A DNA stretch of 64,000 bases from Aulosira sp. ZfuVER01 (GTDB lineage: Bacteria > Cyanobacteriota > Cyanobacteriia > Cyanobacteriales > Nostocaceae), in NCBI GenBank assembly GCA_034530615.2, contig JAVRCV020000055.1:1-64000 (forward strand), read 5' to 3'. Positions 19,621-31,800 of the stretch are shown piece after piece (position 1 is the first letter of the stretch; each line of letters begins with the position of its first letter). Below the pieces are notes generated by a model. The model was not told the origin of the DNA. It saw only the letters and a list, made by a program, of their open reading frames with translations, and made no database searches. A program made the position numbers and the translations under genes.

Positions 19621-20383
19621 GAATTTTCTTTGTTTGCTTCGATGCGCAACTAAGAGGATGCTGAAAACGTATCAATATTCCTCTCAAGCCATTCCATCTA
19701 CACAACACTTTGAGTTCACTTTAGAAAACAGGGATAATTACTTTCTCTCTCATTAGTAGGAGCCTAGATGTATATCAGGTAGATTTTTGTTAGTAAATCT
19801 GTCCGAACAATGCTACTAAATTTTTATATTTTCGTTTCAGCAGTCTCTATTAGCTCAAATCTATGCCAGCCAAGAGTTTCACAAACTTTTATCTATTATT
19901 CTCTTGGGAGATAAATATAAATAGCGATCGCTTTTTTTAACACAAAATCTTATTTTTCAGTTAAATTCACTACTCAGTAGCGGCTATTTCCAGTGTCATC
20001 CAAGCTGCACAATAGTTTGGATAGGATTCACAAAATAAGATTCTCAATGAGTTTTGGCGATCGCTAGATAGAAGCGAACTCTACTTTGAAACTCTTATAG
20101 CTGAGTGCTTGCAGATGACTTTGCTTGTAATGATTCTTTGCATAACCTGAGTTGCACCTGCATCGACACTTCAGCAACAGCGATCGGGTTTTCAAATTAG
20201 GAATTTTTGGAAAAATAAATTTTAAGTATGTAATTATACTATACTTCCTCTATTTACGTCTTATATCTAAAGATAGAGAATGATGGTTAATTAAATTTGG
20301 GAAATATTACTTGAGGAGGGTTACTTCCTGGGTGTATCCGCCCAAAAAACCTGCCTACTTATCTTTAGTGCAACCGAGGTCAG

Positions 20384-21409
20384 ATGTCGCAACCTTTAAA
20401 TCCAGTCACCGAGTGGGAACAACGTCGTGATGAGGCAACAGACTACTACAAGCAAGGCAAATTCCAAGAATATCTCGCGCTGGCAACTGAAAATTTAATA
20501 TTAGCTCGCATCATCCCCGACCGCGCCAGAGAAGGTTATGCTTTGAACGACATTGGTTTGGCTCACCTCGGTTGCTGGCAACCACAAAGAGCATTAGACT
20601 TTTTCCATCAGGCGCTGGCGGTTGCACAAGAATTTAGTAATGCGCGAGCAGAAGCAACAGCACTGAGCAATTTAGGTTCTACATACAGCCGCCTAGGTAA
20701 TTTTTCCCAAGCCTTACAATTTTTTGACAAAGCACTACAAATTTTCCGCAAATTAGAAGATGCTCAAGGCGAAATTTCCACTCTCAATGATGTGGCACTG
20801 ATTTATACCAGGTTGGGTGAACCAAAACGAGCGCTGTTGCTGCAAAATCAAATTTTGACGATGCGTCGATTGCTGGGAGACTTTTCTGGTGAAGCAACTA
20901 CATTCAATGGTATTGGCTTTGCCTACAGCGCTTTGAAAGAATATGAGCAAGCTCTAGAATATTTTCAAGCAGCCTTACCAATTCAACGAGCCGTTAAAAG
21001 TTTAGTTGGTGAAGCTACGACCTTAAATAACATTGCCTCTGTCTACAGTGATTTAGGGCAACCTAAACAAGCACTATTGATCTATTACCAAGTGCTATTA
21101 ACACGTCGGGCACTAAAGGATCGCGCTGGTGAAGCAACTACCTTAAATAACCTTGGTTTTACTTACAATAACTTGGCAAATCACTGGCAAGCACTGAAAT
21201 TATACAAGCAAGCTGTGGCAATTTATCAAGAACTGGGCGATCGCCTGGGAGAAAGCTCAACTTTATTGAATATGGGCAGCCTGTACGCCACCAGAAGACG
21301 CAAAAAATTAGCGCTATCATGCTACCGCAACGCCCAAGAATTAGCCGCACAAATCGAATATCAACCACTTGTGGAAAAGGTACAACAGTTCATTGATGCA
21401 TTGTCGTGA
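20384..21409 (+). CDS. tetratricopeptide repeat protein
   Basis: about 8 repeats of GEATTLNNxG...Y..LG....AL. Confidence 0.9.
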   Translation: MSQPLNPVTEWEQRRDEATDYYKQGKFQEYLALATENLILARIIPDRAREGYALNDIGLAHLGCWQPQRALDFFHQALAVAQEFSNARAEATALSNLGSTYSRLGNFSQALQFFDKALQIFRKLEDAQGEISTLNDVALIYTRLGEPKRALLLQNQILTMRRLLGDFSGEATTFNGIGFAYSALKEYEQALEYFQAALPIQRAVKSLVGEATTLNNIASVYSDLGQPKQALLIYYQVLLTRRALKDRAGEATTLNNLGFTYNNLANHWQALKLYKQAVAIYQELGDRLGESSTLLNMGSLYATRRRKKLALSCYRNAQELAAQIEYQPLVEKVQQFIDALS

Positions 21410-21559
21410 CGGTTGCAGGCAGCTTAAAAAACATTAAAATCAAAAGTCCTTAAGAGTGCTTCTTTTGTAACTGGTCATCAGCAGCAACCTCAGGGACTTT
21501 ATTTCTAATTTGTGTGTGTAGCAGCGGCTTCTAGCCGCTTGGCAGGAGATATCAGCTAA

Positions 21560-22105
21560 TTAGAAGCGATAACCTAATCCAGTTTGAAAACTGACAGCAT
21601 CCGCATCACTGTTTCTGTAGGCGTCAATACCCCATTTAGCATCGCCATAGACAATAACATTTTTCGCCACCTGTGATTCAGCACCCAAAGTGACTACAGG
21701 TGAACTTTGATTACCTAACGGTGTGTTTTTACCTTCATCGGTGACAAACGAGTAACCGCCACCAAGGTAGACGTTAGTATTTTTGGCAATGGGCGCATCA
21801 TAAGTCACTATGGGCATAATTGCCGTGGCATCACCACCAAACAAAACCGAACCACGAAGGGAAATAGGCGTTTTCGGCATAGTAACCCGTGCTTGGACAT
21901 TACCACCAAATTGAGCGTCATCATTTCCCTGTCCACCACTGGTTGCACCAGCCGCAATACCAACACCAATATAGTTGCTGTCAGTACCTGCTGTTTGAGC
22001 AGCAGCAATTCCACCAGAGAGGAGAAGAGAAGAAACAGCAAGCGCAGAAACTGCCAAAGCTCTAAGTTTCATAAGTTTATCAGCACTAGAGTTCAGTGCA
22101 ATCAA
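21560..22105 (-). CDS. small outer-membrane beta-barrel protein (start may be ATG 22072)
   Basis: signal peptide, amphipathic strands, C-terminal GLGYRF beta-signal. Confidence 0.75.
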   Translation of the reverse strand: MIALNSSADKLMKLRALAVSALAVSSLLLSGGIAAAQTAGTDSNYIGVGIAAGATSGGQGNDDAQFGGNVQARVTMPKTPISLRGSVLFGGDATAIMPIVTYDAPIAKNTNVYLGGGYSFVTDEGKNTPLGNQSSPVVTLGAESQVAKNVIVYGDAKWGIDAYRNSDADAVSFQTGLGYRF

Positions 22106-22265
22106 TGTTCTCTAGTACTAGAATCCTCTTTTTAAAAGATTTCACCCTCCTACACTGAGGTCATCCAGATGGTTGAATTGTTTCTCATTCTCTTGGGTGA
22201 ACATATCTAGATATTTATCTATACGATGATTTATGTATGAAGCGATCGCTACCTCAATTTGAGGC

Positions 22266-22386
22266 TATAGAACTCCTATTTCATTTGTGAACAAAACTCA
22301 GTACAGTTTTATTCCTTCTACTGTGTTATCTGTTGCCTATTCCCTGCCTATGCAAGTAATTTCAGAAAACAAATCGGATTGCTATA
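22266..22386. mobile_element. degenerate 121-bp MITE with TA ends (IS630-type)
   Basis: TATAGAACTCCTATTTCATTTGTGAA vs reverse complement of the right end TATAGCAATCCGATTTGTTTTCTGAA (20/26). Confidence 0.6.
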
Positions 22387-22417
22387 TATGTTAGCGATCG
22401 CTCTTGTGAGTAAACTC

Positions 22418-22900
22418 TTAAACACTTGCTAATATAGGGTTTGCCATAAAGATTTTTTTGATATTTTCGGGATTTGTCACCGCTACATATTGAGCCGCCA
22501 TGTCTGGTGTCAGAAACTCTAACATCACTTTGTTCTCTAACCAGAACTCAATCACATCAAAGAAAGAATCACGGTTACAGCGCAACACCCGCCAACCTTC
22601 GCGTTTGCCAATTTCCTCAATTTCTGCTTCGCTGCTAGGAACCGAAATAGCTGCATGGGTAGCTGTCATCCCATTAAAGTTATTAGCCTGTACAAACTTA
22701 CACTGCTCATCACCTTCACCCGGTACTAGCTTAGTTTCTAAAGGATAAACTTCAATTGCAGTGCCATATTCATCCATACCAAACACCATATAGCTACCTG
22801 GATGAGGAAAAAACGGGTAAGCCTCTCCTTTCAAAACTTCCGCGATTACTTTGGCAACACGTAGGGGGTTTTGCGCAGCAATAGAAATGTGATGAAGCAT
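22418..22900 (-). CDS. VOC/glyoxalase-like protein
   Basis: MLHHISI, AIEVYP, THAAIS, VIEFWLEN...LEF metal-ligand pattern. Confidence 0.6.
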   Translation of the reverse strand: MLHHISIAAQNPLRVAKVIAEVLKGEAYPFFPHPGSYMVFGMDEYGTAIEVYPLETKLVPGEGDEQCKFVQANNFNGMTATHAAISVPSSEAEIEEIGKREGWRVLRCNRDSFFDVIEFWLENKVMLEFLTPDMAAQYVAVTNPENIKKIFMANPILASV

Positions 22901-23526
22901 AAAATAAATTTCCTTGAAGATGATGAAGTGTATGCGTAAGCAGATTCTGCAAAAATTCTGCTTTGAACAATCAAGTGACTGAAAGTTTGATTATTCTAAG
23001 CTTCAAATCCGAGTTCCTCGGTTTCGGATTTTTTTGGCAAAAAAATTAGCATTGCTGATTCAACTTGCATTCAACTATTTACCAATGGCACGATTAAAGC
23101 CACATTTGAGTGCGTACATAACTTTTTGACGCCTAGCTGTGGAGTCAGCTTACTTGCTGGATACAGTCATCACAGCAGACACAAGAATACTATTTCAAAC
23201 CTGACAACAGCCAATCATCAAAGTCTTTTGACTCGTGCGATCGCTCTCATACCACTTCACGAAATCCCAGATAACTTGCTAGCGACTGATTTTGCAACTT
23301 TTGATTTGCTAGTAAAATTCTTCCTTGGCGCTAGCTTGATTCACCATTTATTAGGTAAAATATTGATATAGGTGTAACCAAAAAAGTAAAATAATTGACA
23401 GCTATTAGCTTTCTATTATCATAATTTACTTAACCATATTTGAATTATTTACTGATAAAAATTCAATTTTATAACATATATATAAAATCCAAATTTTGCT
23501 GTTCATCACTTTGAAATTGTTTATTT

Positions 23527-24294
23527 TTGGCTATGATTTCGAGAATGCGTAAAGGTATTTCTGTAGTACTTGGTGTAGGAACTGCTGTAGGTGTAGGCTT
23601 AACCTCGCTTGCGCCAGCCAATGCAATTCCTTGGGGTCAGCTAATATTTAATGGTGTGCAGTTGTTGCAACTTTCTAACGTTTCACCCCAGCAAACAGTT
23701 ACACTGGGACAAAATATTCACCAGCAGGTAAAACAAAATTACAAGTTAGATTCTAGCTCTCAAAACAATGCTTACGTTAACCGCGTTGGTCAACGGTTGG
23801 CTAGAGCTAGTAACTGTTCTCAAATTCCTTTTCATTTTTATGTAGTTCGAGACTCTAGTATTAATGCTTTTTCAACCACAGGTGGCTATGTCTACGTTAA
23901 TACTGGAATATTAAATACTGTAGATAATGAAGACCAATTGGCAGCTGTTATGGGGCATGAAATTGGTCATATTTGCAACAACGACCTGATCAACAAGTTG
24001 AAACAAACGCAACTTGCTCAAGGTGCAGCTTCGCTGGCTGGTTTAGACCAAAGTGCTGTAACCGCCATAGCTTATAAGCTGGCTGTAGATTTACCTAATA
24101 GCCGCGAAGCAGAATTTAATGCTGATGACAAGGGTTTGCAGTATATGAAACGCGCTGGTTATAACCCAAAAGCTATGCCTGCATTCTTGAGGAAATTACT
24201 TAAGCAATCTTCTCCACCGTCATTTTTGAGTGACCACCCAGGAACCCAAGAACGGATTTCTGTTATAGAAAGAAAAATTGCTAATGGTAGGTAA
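23527..24294 (+). CDS. M48 family metallopeptidase
   Basis: INAF..GG, GHEIGH, SREAEFNAD, FLSDHP. Confidence 0.92.
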   Translation: MAMISRMRKGISVVLGVGTAVGVGLTSLAPANAIPWGQLIFNGVQLLQLSNVSPQQTVTLGQNIHQQVKQNYKLDSSSQNNAYVNRVGQRLARASNCSQIPFHFYVVRDSSINAFSTTGGYVYVNTGILNTVDNEDQLAAVMGHEIGHICNNDLINKLKQTQLAQGAASLAGLDQSAVTAIAYKLAVDLPNSREAEFNADDKGLQYMKRAGYNPKAMPAFLRKLLKQSSPPSFLSDHPGTQERISVIERKIANGR

Positions 24295-24340
24295 GCTTGG
24301 AGCAAATAATACCTTAGTCAAAATCTTTTGACTCTAGAAG

Positions 24341-24369
24341 GGTGGACGGTATTACAACTGCCGTCCACC
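24341..24369 (+). terminator. GC-rich hairpin
   Basis: GGTGGACGGT...GCCGTCCACC. Confidence 0.55.
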
Positions 24370-24484
24370 TGATAATTTGCTACAAACAGCCTGTTACCCT
24401 GCTTTGAGATGTGGTTTACTAAGCACTGGCGCAATATTAAGTGGATATAAGCGTTATTCAGCAGGAATTTTACTAGGAAGTGCA

Positions 24485-27004
24485 ATGTCTGGGATAATTA
24501 GGCATTTTTATTGGCTGTCAGGAATAGGGATTCTTCTTGGTAGCGCAATAGTCTTGAGTGCAAATAGCTCACTTGCTCAAATTATCCCAGATAGTACTCT
24601 GCCAAATAATTCCCATGTGAAATTAAATGGTAATACGTTTACTATCACAGGAGGAACTCAAGCAGGTAGGAATTTGTTTCATAGCTTCAAGGAATTTTCT
24701 GTCCCTACTGGCTCTACAGCTGCTTTTAATAATTCTCAAAACATTCAAAATATTCTGACCCGAGTTACAGGTGGTTCTGTATCTAATATTGATGGTTTAA
24801 TCAAAACCAATGGCACAGCTAACTTGTTTGTGATTAATCCTAATGGCATTATTTTTGGTCAGAATGCCAAATTGGATATTGGCGGTTCGTTTATTGCAAG
24901 TACTGCTAGCAGCTTAAAATTTAGTGATGGTTTTGAGTTTAGCGCTACTAAACCTGTGTCTACACCTTTATTGACTATAAATGTGCCTATTGGTTTGCAG
25001 TTTAAAGGGAATTCAGGAAATATAGTAGCCTATGGCACGGGCTATGATTTATCTGTTCAGGCTCCACTATTCTCAGCTGTTACTGTAGGTAATAACTCAA
25101 CTGGTTTGCAGGTGCCATCAGGAAAGACTCTAGCTTTGGTAGGGGGTAATGTAGACTTACAAGGTAGTATGCTGACCGCCGCGCAAGGACGGATTGAGTT
25201 AGGTAGTGTAGGTGATGGAGAAGTAAGCCTCAATCCAATTTCTTCAGGCTTTGTGTTGAGCTACCAAAATGTACAAAATTTGCGAGATATTCGTCTCTCT
25301 CAAAAAGCCTTAGCAGGTGTTAGTGGAGGCGGTTCTATTCAAGTTCAGGGTAACAATATATCGCTGACTGATGGCTCACTGATTCTGATGCAAAATCAAG
25401 GAGATGAGTTTGGGGGAAGTATCAGTGCGAATGCAACCGAGTCTTTAAGAGTAAGTGGAACCAATCTAGATGGTAGCTTGAATGGTGGCTTACGGAGTGA
25501 AACTGCTGGAAGTGGCCGTGGAAGTGGAGCTAATATTGCGATCGCTACTAAGCAGTTAATTGTTGAAGATGGAGCAGGAATAATTACTCGCTCTTTCAGT
25601 CCTGCTAAGGCGGGTAATCTCACTGTGAATGCTTCTGATTTTGTGGAAGTGATCGGAGTTGCACCTGTTAGGCCTACTGTGATTAGCTCTATTTCTGCGA
25701 TGACTTTCAATTCTGGAGACGCGGGAGATGTAACACTCTCAACTAAACGCTTAACGATCCGCAATGGAGCAGCGATCGCATCTGCAACTTTGGGAGCAGG
25801 TAGTGGAGGACAGGTGACGCTAAATGCTCTTGACTCTATAGAACTTATTGGAATGTCTAGCATTCTTGCACCAAGTGTTGTGAATGCTCTGACCACCAGT
25901 ACTGGAGATGCAGGTAAAGTAATAATTGACACAAATTCCTTAATGCTTCGCGCTGGCGGCACAGTCAGTTCTGCTACCTTTGGGCCTGCTAACGCAGGCA
26001 GTCTCATAATTAATGCCAAAGAGTTTGTAGAGGTTAGCGGTGCAGTGTTAAACTCTCCCCGTCCGAGTTCTGTGGAGTCAGCTGCCCCGATTTTGTCTGA
26101 GACTTTACAACGATTTTATCGACTACCTCCTATACCCAGTGGATTTTCTGGGGACGTAACAATTAATACTAAGGCTTTGAGAGTAACTGATAGTGCGACA
26201 GTTGAAGTCAGTAATCAAGGGTTAGGTAATGCCGGGAGGCTGCGAGTTCAGGCAAACTCTATCTTTCTAGACCGTGGAGGTGCCATTACAGCTGCAACTG
26301 AATCCGGCGAAGGTGGCAACATTGAGCTACAGATACAGGATTTACTGCTGCTGCGCCGTAACAGTGAAATTACTGCCTCTGCAAAAGGCAGTGGTAATGG
26401 TGGCAACATTACTATTAATAGTCCCTTAATTGCTAATATCCCAACAGAAAATAGCGATATTACTGCCAATTCGATTAACGCCCGTGGAGGTAATGTCAAT
26501 ATCAATACCTCTGGAATTTTTGGTATCCAGTTTCGCACTCGAAATACACCATTAAGTGATATCACTGCCACTGGGAAAAATTCTTCTCTAAATGGCACTG
26601 TAGAAATCAACATTCAGGATGTTAGTCCCACTTCTGGATTATTGAATTTGCCTGAGATTCCCCTAGATGTTACACGCTTGATTGCACAAGCCTGTATCGC
26701 CAACAAAGGCAGTTCATTTACTGTTACGGGACGTGGGGGATTGCCACCCAACCCAACAGAAGTTCTCACAAGTGACAATTTTCAGGTAGATTGGATCAAT
26801 CGTGACTCTCAGCAGTACAACAGCGCTATTGGGCAGGAAAGAAATACTATCGAAGATATACAAAATGTCAATTTCCCTCTTCAAATTGTAGAAGCACAGA
26901 GTTGGTTTGTTGATCCCAATGGTGATGTGATATTAGTTGCGCAAGCAGCCACCGCCAATCCTCATAGTCCCTTATTTAACACTACTTCTTGTAGTAGGGG
27001 ATAG
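24485..27004 (+). CDS. filamentous haemagglutinin N-terminal domain protein (cyanobacterial TpsA-like)
   Basis: NLFHSFKEFS, RVTGGSVSNIDG, INPNGIIFG, G-rich beta-helix repeats, FTVTGRGGLP C-terminus; start uncertain. Confidence 0.9.
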   Translation: MSGIIRHFYWLSGIGILLGSAIVLSANSSLAQIIPDSTLPNNSHVKLNGNTFTITGGTQAGRNLFHSFKEFSVPTGSTAAFNNSQNIQNILTRVTGGSVSNIDGLIKTNGTANLFVINPNGIIFGQNAKLDIGGSFIASTASSLKFSDGFEFSATKPVSTPLLTINVPIGLQFKGNSGNIVAYGTGYDLSVQAPLFSAVTVGNNSTGLQVPSGKTLALVGGNVDLQGSMLTAAQGRIELGSVGDGEVSLNPISSGFVLSYQNVQNLRDIRLSQKALAGVSGGGSIQVQGNNISLTDGSLILMQNQGDEFGGSISANATESLRVSGTNLDGSLNGGLRSETAGSGRGSGANIAIATKQLIVEDGAGIITRSFSPAKAGNLTVNASDFVEVIGVAPVRPTVISSISAMTFNSGDAGDVTLSTKRLTIRNGAAIASATLGAGSGGQVTLNALDSIELIGMSSILAPSVVNALTTSTGDAGKVIIDTNSLMLRAGGTVSSATFGPANAGSLIINAKEFVEVSGAVLNSPRPSSVESAAPILSETLQRFYRLPPIPSGFSGDVTINTKALRVTDSATVEVSNQGLGNAGRLRVQANSIFLDRGGAITAATESGEGGNIELQIQDLLLLRRNSEITASAKGSGNGGNITINSPLIANIPTENSDITANSINARGGNVNINTSGIFGIQFRTRNTPLSDITATGKNSSLNGTVEINIQDVSPTSGLLNLPEIPLDVTRLIAQACIANKGSSFTVTGRGGLPPNPTEVLTSDNFQVDWINRDSQQYNSAIGQERNTIEDIQNVNFPLQIVEAQSWFVDPNGDVILVAQAATANPHSPLFNTTSCSRG

Positions 27005-27055
27005 CGCACTTTTTCCACTCTGGGAAGAGAAAAATCTAGGGTCTTGAAACACAGC

Positions 27056-27240
27056 TAGTGGTCTATCATATTAATTTTGATGCGTCGTCTGTGTTCAGAT
27101 CCATGACTTTTTTGAAAAGTCGGGGATCTATAAACATTCACAACTAATTTGGTAAACCAATAGTGTTATGTCCCATTAATTATAATGAGTTCGTAGTGAG
27201 GGCTTTAGCCCTTCAGTTTAGGGCTGAAGTCGTGACTACG
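27056..27240. repeat. degenerate MITE-like element (27056-27162) plus palindromic dispersed repeat (27192-27240)
   Basis: imperfect terminal inverted repeats TAGTGGTCTATCATATTAATT / AACTAATTTGGTAAACCAATA; internal GATCC..GACTTTT-AAAAGTCGGGGATC; CGTAGT..AGCCCT...AGGGCT..ACTACG. Confidence 0.45.
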
Positions 27241-27263
27241 ATTAACGTTTTTTCAGAAATATC

Positions 27264-28469
27264 ATGATGTTATATAAATATAAAATAATTTTATCCTGGC
27301 TGGCAATCTTACTGAGTATCACCAGTTTATTTCTCAGTTCTTGGATTATTATTCCGGCTCCGAATATGTCTTTACTCCCTCTAGGAGTGGGAGCGCCAGA
27401 AATTAGTCCTTGGTTATTTATATTAAATTTGCTTTCTTTATTATTGGCTTATTTATGTATATATAAGCATCAACTAAAGCGCATTGCCTGTATTTTTAGC
27501 TTAATCGGATTACTAATTTGTAGTTCGGTTTTTATAAATATTTCCCCGACACAAATGCAGATGGCGCAAGCAATAAAACTAGGATTAGGTGAAAATTATT
27601 TAGCGCAAATACCTCCGCAATTCAGCGCTAAAATGCAAACTCAGCCCTTTTCTTTAGTTAATAGTTTCCGAGGTATTCCACTGGGAAAAATCCGCCATAA
27701 AACGGAGATTATATTTGCTACGCCTGCGGGAGTTCCTTTAGAAATGCAAGTTTACCAACCGCCAAAAGTAGGGAAATATCCAGCATTAGTGGTAATTTAT
27801 GGTGGAGCTTGGCGAAGTGGCAATCCTGGTGCTAATCCTGAGTTTAATCAATATATGGCAGCTCATGGATATACGGTATTTGCAATTGATTACCGACACG
27901 CGCCCAAATATCAGTTTCCCGCACAGTTGGATGATGTGCGGACAGCGCTCAATTTTATTCGCCAACACGCCGCAGAATATGAAGCCGACGCAGAAAACAT
28001 GGCACTTTTAGGACGTTCTGCTGGCGCACATCTCGCAATGCTAGCGGCTTATCAACTAGATGGGCCACCGATTTGTGCTGTTGTTAGCTACTACGGGCCT
28101 GTGAACTTGACTGAAGGCTATAATACACCGCCACGACCTGACCCGATCGATACCCGCGCTGTGTTAAAAGCTTTTATGGGTGGTTCGCCGCAAGAATTAC
28201 CCCAGCAGTATCAAATTGCTTCACCAATTAACTACGTAAATCGCCCTTTACCACCAACATTATTAGTTTACGGCAGTCGTGATCATTTAGTAGAAGCTCG
28301 ATTTGGGCGGCAGATGTATGAAAATTTACATAGATCGGGTAGAACTGGGATTTTGTTAGAAATACCTTGGGCGGAACACGCTTTTGATGCTGTGTTTAAT
28401 GGTGTGAGCAATCAATTAGCGTTATATTACACCGAAAGGTTTTTGGCTTGGGCGTTGTTCAATCGATAA
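27264..28469 (+). CDS. membrane-anchored alpha/beta hydrolase (esterase/lipase)
   Basis: N-terminal TM helices; YGGAW, IDYRHAP, GRSAG, D and H of the triad (DHLV, EHAFD). Confidence 0.9.
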   Translation: MMLYKYKIILSWLAILLSITSLFLSSWIIIPAPNMSLLPLGVGAPEISPWLFILNLLSLLLAYLCIYKHQLKRIACIFSLIGLLICSSVFINISPTQMQMAQAIKLGLGENYLAQIPPQFSAKMQTQPFSLVNSFRGIPLGKIRHKTEIIFATPAGVPLEMQVYQPPKVGKYPALVVIYGGAWRSGNPGANPEFNQYMAAHGYTVFAIDYRHAPKYQFPAQLDDVRTALNFIRQHAAEYEADAENMALLGRSAGAHLAMLAAYQLDGPPICAVVSYYGPVNLTEGYNTPPRPDPIDTRAVLKAFMGGSPQELPQQYQIASPINYVNRPLPPTLLVYGSRDHLVEARFGRQMYENLHRSGRTGILLEIPWAEHAFDAVFNGVSNQLALYYTERFLAWALFNR

Positions 28470-28487
28470 TTTGATTGTCAAAATCTA

Positions 28488-28874
28488 CTAATTTTCTGCG
28501 CTCCAACCTAGAGATGTCGCTATTTGACTGGCTAATTCTAGCGGATTGAACGGTTTAGCGATCGCATTTGCCATTCCCATCTGTGCATAGCGACGACGAT
28601 CCGCAGCTTGGATTTTCGCAGTTAACAAAATCACGGGAATGTCTTTAGTGGCTGGATTTGCTTGTAATTTCTCAAATGTAGTGATGCCATCCATATCTGG
28701 CATCATCACATCTAGGAGGATGGCATCTGGTCGCCAAGCTTCGGCTTTCATGATGCCTTCTTTCCCAGAACTCACCGTCATCACTTCCCAGGCGGCGACG
28801 GTTTCCAAGCAAATTTTGGCAACTTCTTGAATGTACTCTTCGTTATCAACCACTAGAATTCGCTTTGTTCTCAT
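28488..28874 (-). CDS. single-domain response regulator (CheY-like)
   Basis: ILVVDN, ILLDVMMPDMDG, LLTAK, KPF; overlaps the stop of the upstream kinase. Confidence 0.93.
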   Translation of the reverse strand: MRTKRILVVDNEEYIQEVAKICLETVAAWEVMTVSSGKEGIMKAEAWRPDAILLDVMMPDMDGITTFEKLQANPATKDIPVILLTAKIQAADRRRYAQMGMANAIAKPFNPLELASQIATSLGWSAEN

Positions 28875-31800
28875 TGCTACCACCTTCTTGTTGATTCTGT
28901 GTCATCCGCTGAAGTAGCTCCATTACGCGCTGTTCAAATTCTTGGGTTGTGACACGTCCTTTGGTTAAAAATTCTGTATGTCCTAACTTGAGTCGATTGC
29001 GTTCCGACTCGTCTAGATCTGTAGCTGAGTAAACCACCACAGGAGTGCTACAAAGTCGGTTGTGCTGCTGTAGCCAATCCACCACTGAAAAGCCATCACT
29101 TTCCGGCAGAATTAGGTCGAGAATGAGTAAATCGGGATTGACTTCTTGGCTAAGGTGAATTGCTTCTCGTCCAGTTTGGGCGAGGAAGGTTTCGATGCCA
29201 TGTCTCTCAAACAGGGTGATGAGCAGTTGTGCCAAATCGTCGTCGTCTTCGACAATCAAAATGCGAAATCGCTTTGAGGAATTAGCTACTACTTGCCTGA
29301 GTGAGTGCAATAGGTTACTTTCTTGAACTGGTTTACTTACCCAATCCACAAAGTCTGCACTGGGTTGACAGTTGAGGCTTGGTTTGTAGACACTACAAAT
29401 CACAATCGGAATATCCTTTGTCTCTGCCTGCTCTTTTAATACTGCCATTGTTTCCCAACCATTCATACCAGGCATTAACAAATCCAATACAATTACATCT
29501 GGATGTTGGGTGGCGGCTAAGGCGATCGCATCTTGCCCAGTAGCTACTGTTAACACCCGATATCCTCCTGTTTCGAGTAAAGTTTGCAACTCTCTACTAA
29601 TTACGGGATCGTCATCGCAGACTAGTACTAGAGGAGATGGCTCAGTCCTCAATTCTGAGAAGCCATTGTTTTGTGAGGCTCTTTTGCTGACTTGTCGCCA
29701 CTGGCGTGGCTGAGTTGTCAATGCTAACTCCACAGCCTGCGGCGATCGCAGGACTGGTAGAGCGAAGTAAAAAGTACTACCTTCATTTACAGTACTCTCA
29801 ACCCAGATGCGTCCCCCATGCTGTTGCACAATGCTCTTGCAAATTGCCAAACCCAAACCAGTGCCATCATGGTTGCGTGAATCTGAAGAATCAACTTGTT
29901 GAAAGCGCTCAAAAATACTGTCAAGCTTGTCAGTTGGAATACCGCGTCCAGTATCTTTGATTGTAAATACCAGTTCATTACCTTGTTGTGCTGTCACCAA
30001 CCAAACCGTTTGTCCCGCAGTTGAGAATTTAATGGCGTTACTCAGCAGATTAGTGAGAGTTTGCACAATGCGATCTGGATCTACCCATAGCTCCACGGGT
30101 AAGCTGGCAATGGAGAGTTTTACCTTGGCTTTGTCTGCTAGTGGCTGCATAATATTCACCGCTGACTCAATCAAGTCAGCCACATTGCAGGTTTCTCGCT
30201 CCATTTTCACCCTACCCGACTCGATGCGCTCTATATCCAAAATGTCGTTAATTAAGCGGACTAGGCGATCGGTACTATCGGTAGCAATTTGCAGTAGGCG
30301 TTTTCCCTGCTCTGATTCTGCTGGTAGCAAACCACTGGCTAACATTCCTAAGGAACCGTGAATCGAAGTCAGCGGTGTGCGGAGTTCGTGACTGACAACG
30401 GAAACAAACTCATCTTTCATCCGTTCGATTTGCTTTCGCTCAGTAATATCACGCAAAATTACTGTATAATAAAATTCTTCTCCGGTATCTACTTTCGAGA
30501 TAGAAGCCTCCGCCGGAAATTCTGTGCCATCCTGACGACGACCAAATATTTCCCGTCGTTCTCCCATCCGCCGCGCCAGACTGGAAGATTGACCAAAGTC
30601 AACGACATGGTGACGATGAGCCTGACTAAAGCGTGATGGTAAGAGCAAATCTAGAGGCTGTCCTATCGCTTCTTCAGCAGAATAGCCAAAAATCTTCTCT
30701 GCTCCTTGGTTAAATAAGGTAATTTTTTGGGCAGTATCGATGGATATAATCGCATCATCAGCAATATCTAAAATGCGGGCAAATTTTGCTTGTGAGATGC
30801 GCAGTTGTTCCTGTATGCGTTGGCGTTCATTAAGTTCTGACAGTAGTTTGCGATTGAGGCTAATTAACTCAGCAGTCCGCTCGGCTACTCGCAATTCTAA
30901 TTCACTATTAGCTTTATAGAGAAGTGCCTCAGTTTGTTTGCGTGTAGTAATATCCCGAGCGATAAATTGAGCTGCTGGTTGACCTTGGTAAGTAAAAGCG
31001 GCTGCGGCAATTTCCAGGGCGATCGCTGTCCCATCTAATCGGATAAATTGTTCTTCATGCAAGGTAACTGGCCGTTTCAGTTCTTTGAGGAGTCGGAATT
31101 TGGCGCGGATAGCCTGGTGCGAGTCGGGATGTACGAAGTCAAGTATGTTTTTACCGAGTAATTCTGCTGGCTCTGTTGCCGCAAACAGCCTGACTGCGGC
31201 ACTGTTGACAAAAACAAAATTTCCGTGGCTTTCAATAAAAATCGCTTCTGGACAAAGTTCTACTAGCTGTTGATAACTTTGCTGACTTTGTTGTAGCGCT
31301 GTTTGGGCGAGTTGGCGATCGCGTTGATTGCGCAATGCCATAATTCCATAAGCTAAGTCTGCGGCTAGTGCTTCTAGTAGTTCCACTTCATCAGCATCGA
31401 AAGCCTCTGGTTCGGTGGCGTAAATATTCAATGCCCCAAATACTTGACCATCATCGCTCAAAGGTAAGGCAATTGATGCCGCATAGCCTTGCTTAATTGC
31501 CTGACATCGCCAAATCTCGTAATTGGGATCGGTTAAAATATTTTGGATAATACAAGTTTGACCTGTGCGAATCGCTGTTCCTGATGGGCCTCTGCCGTTA
31601 ATTGTGTCTGCCCAGGTAAGGTTGAGAGATTGCAAATATCCGTCTTCGTAACCGGCTTGCGCAACTGGGCGAATAGTTTTTTGGGCATCATGTTCGGCAA
31701 AACCAACCCACGCCAAACAATAGCCACCAACTTCCACAATCATTTGGCAGATTCTTTGTAGCAAATCTAACTCTTCTTTGGCGCGTACCAGCACTTGAGA

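Noticed and set aside
25396..26613. Long antisense ORFs in the haemagglutinin gene (also in clpC, coxA, fusA and the kinases)
   Set aside because: Shadow frames of real genes, with no recognisable motifs
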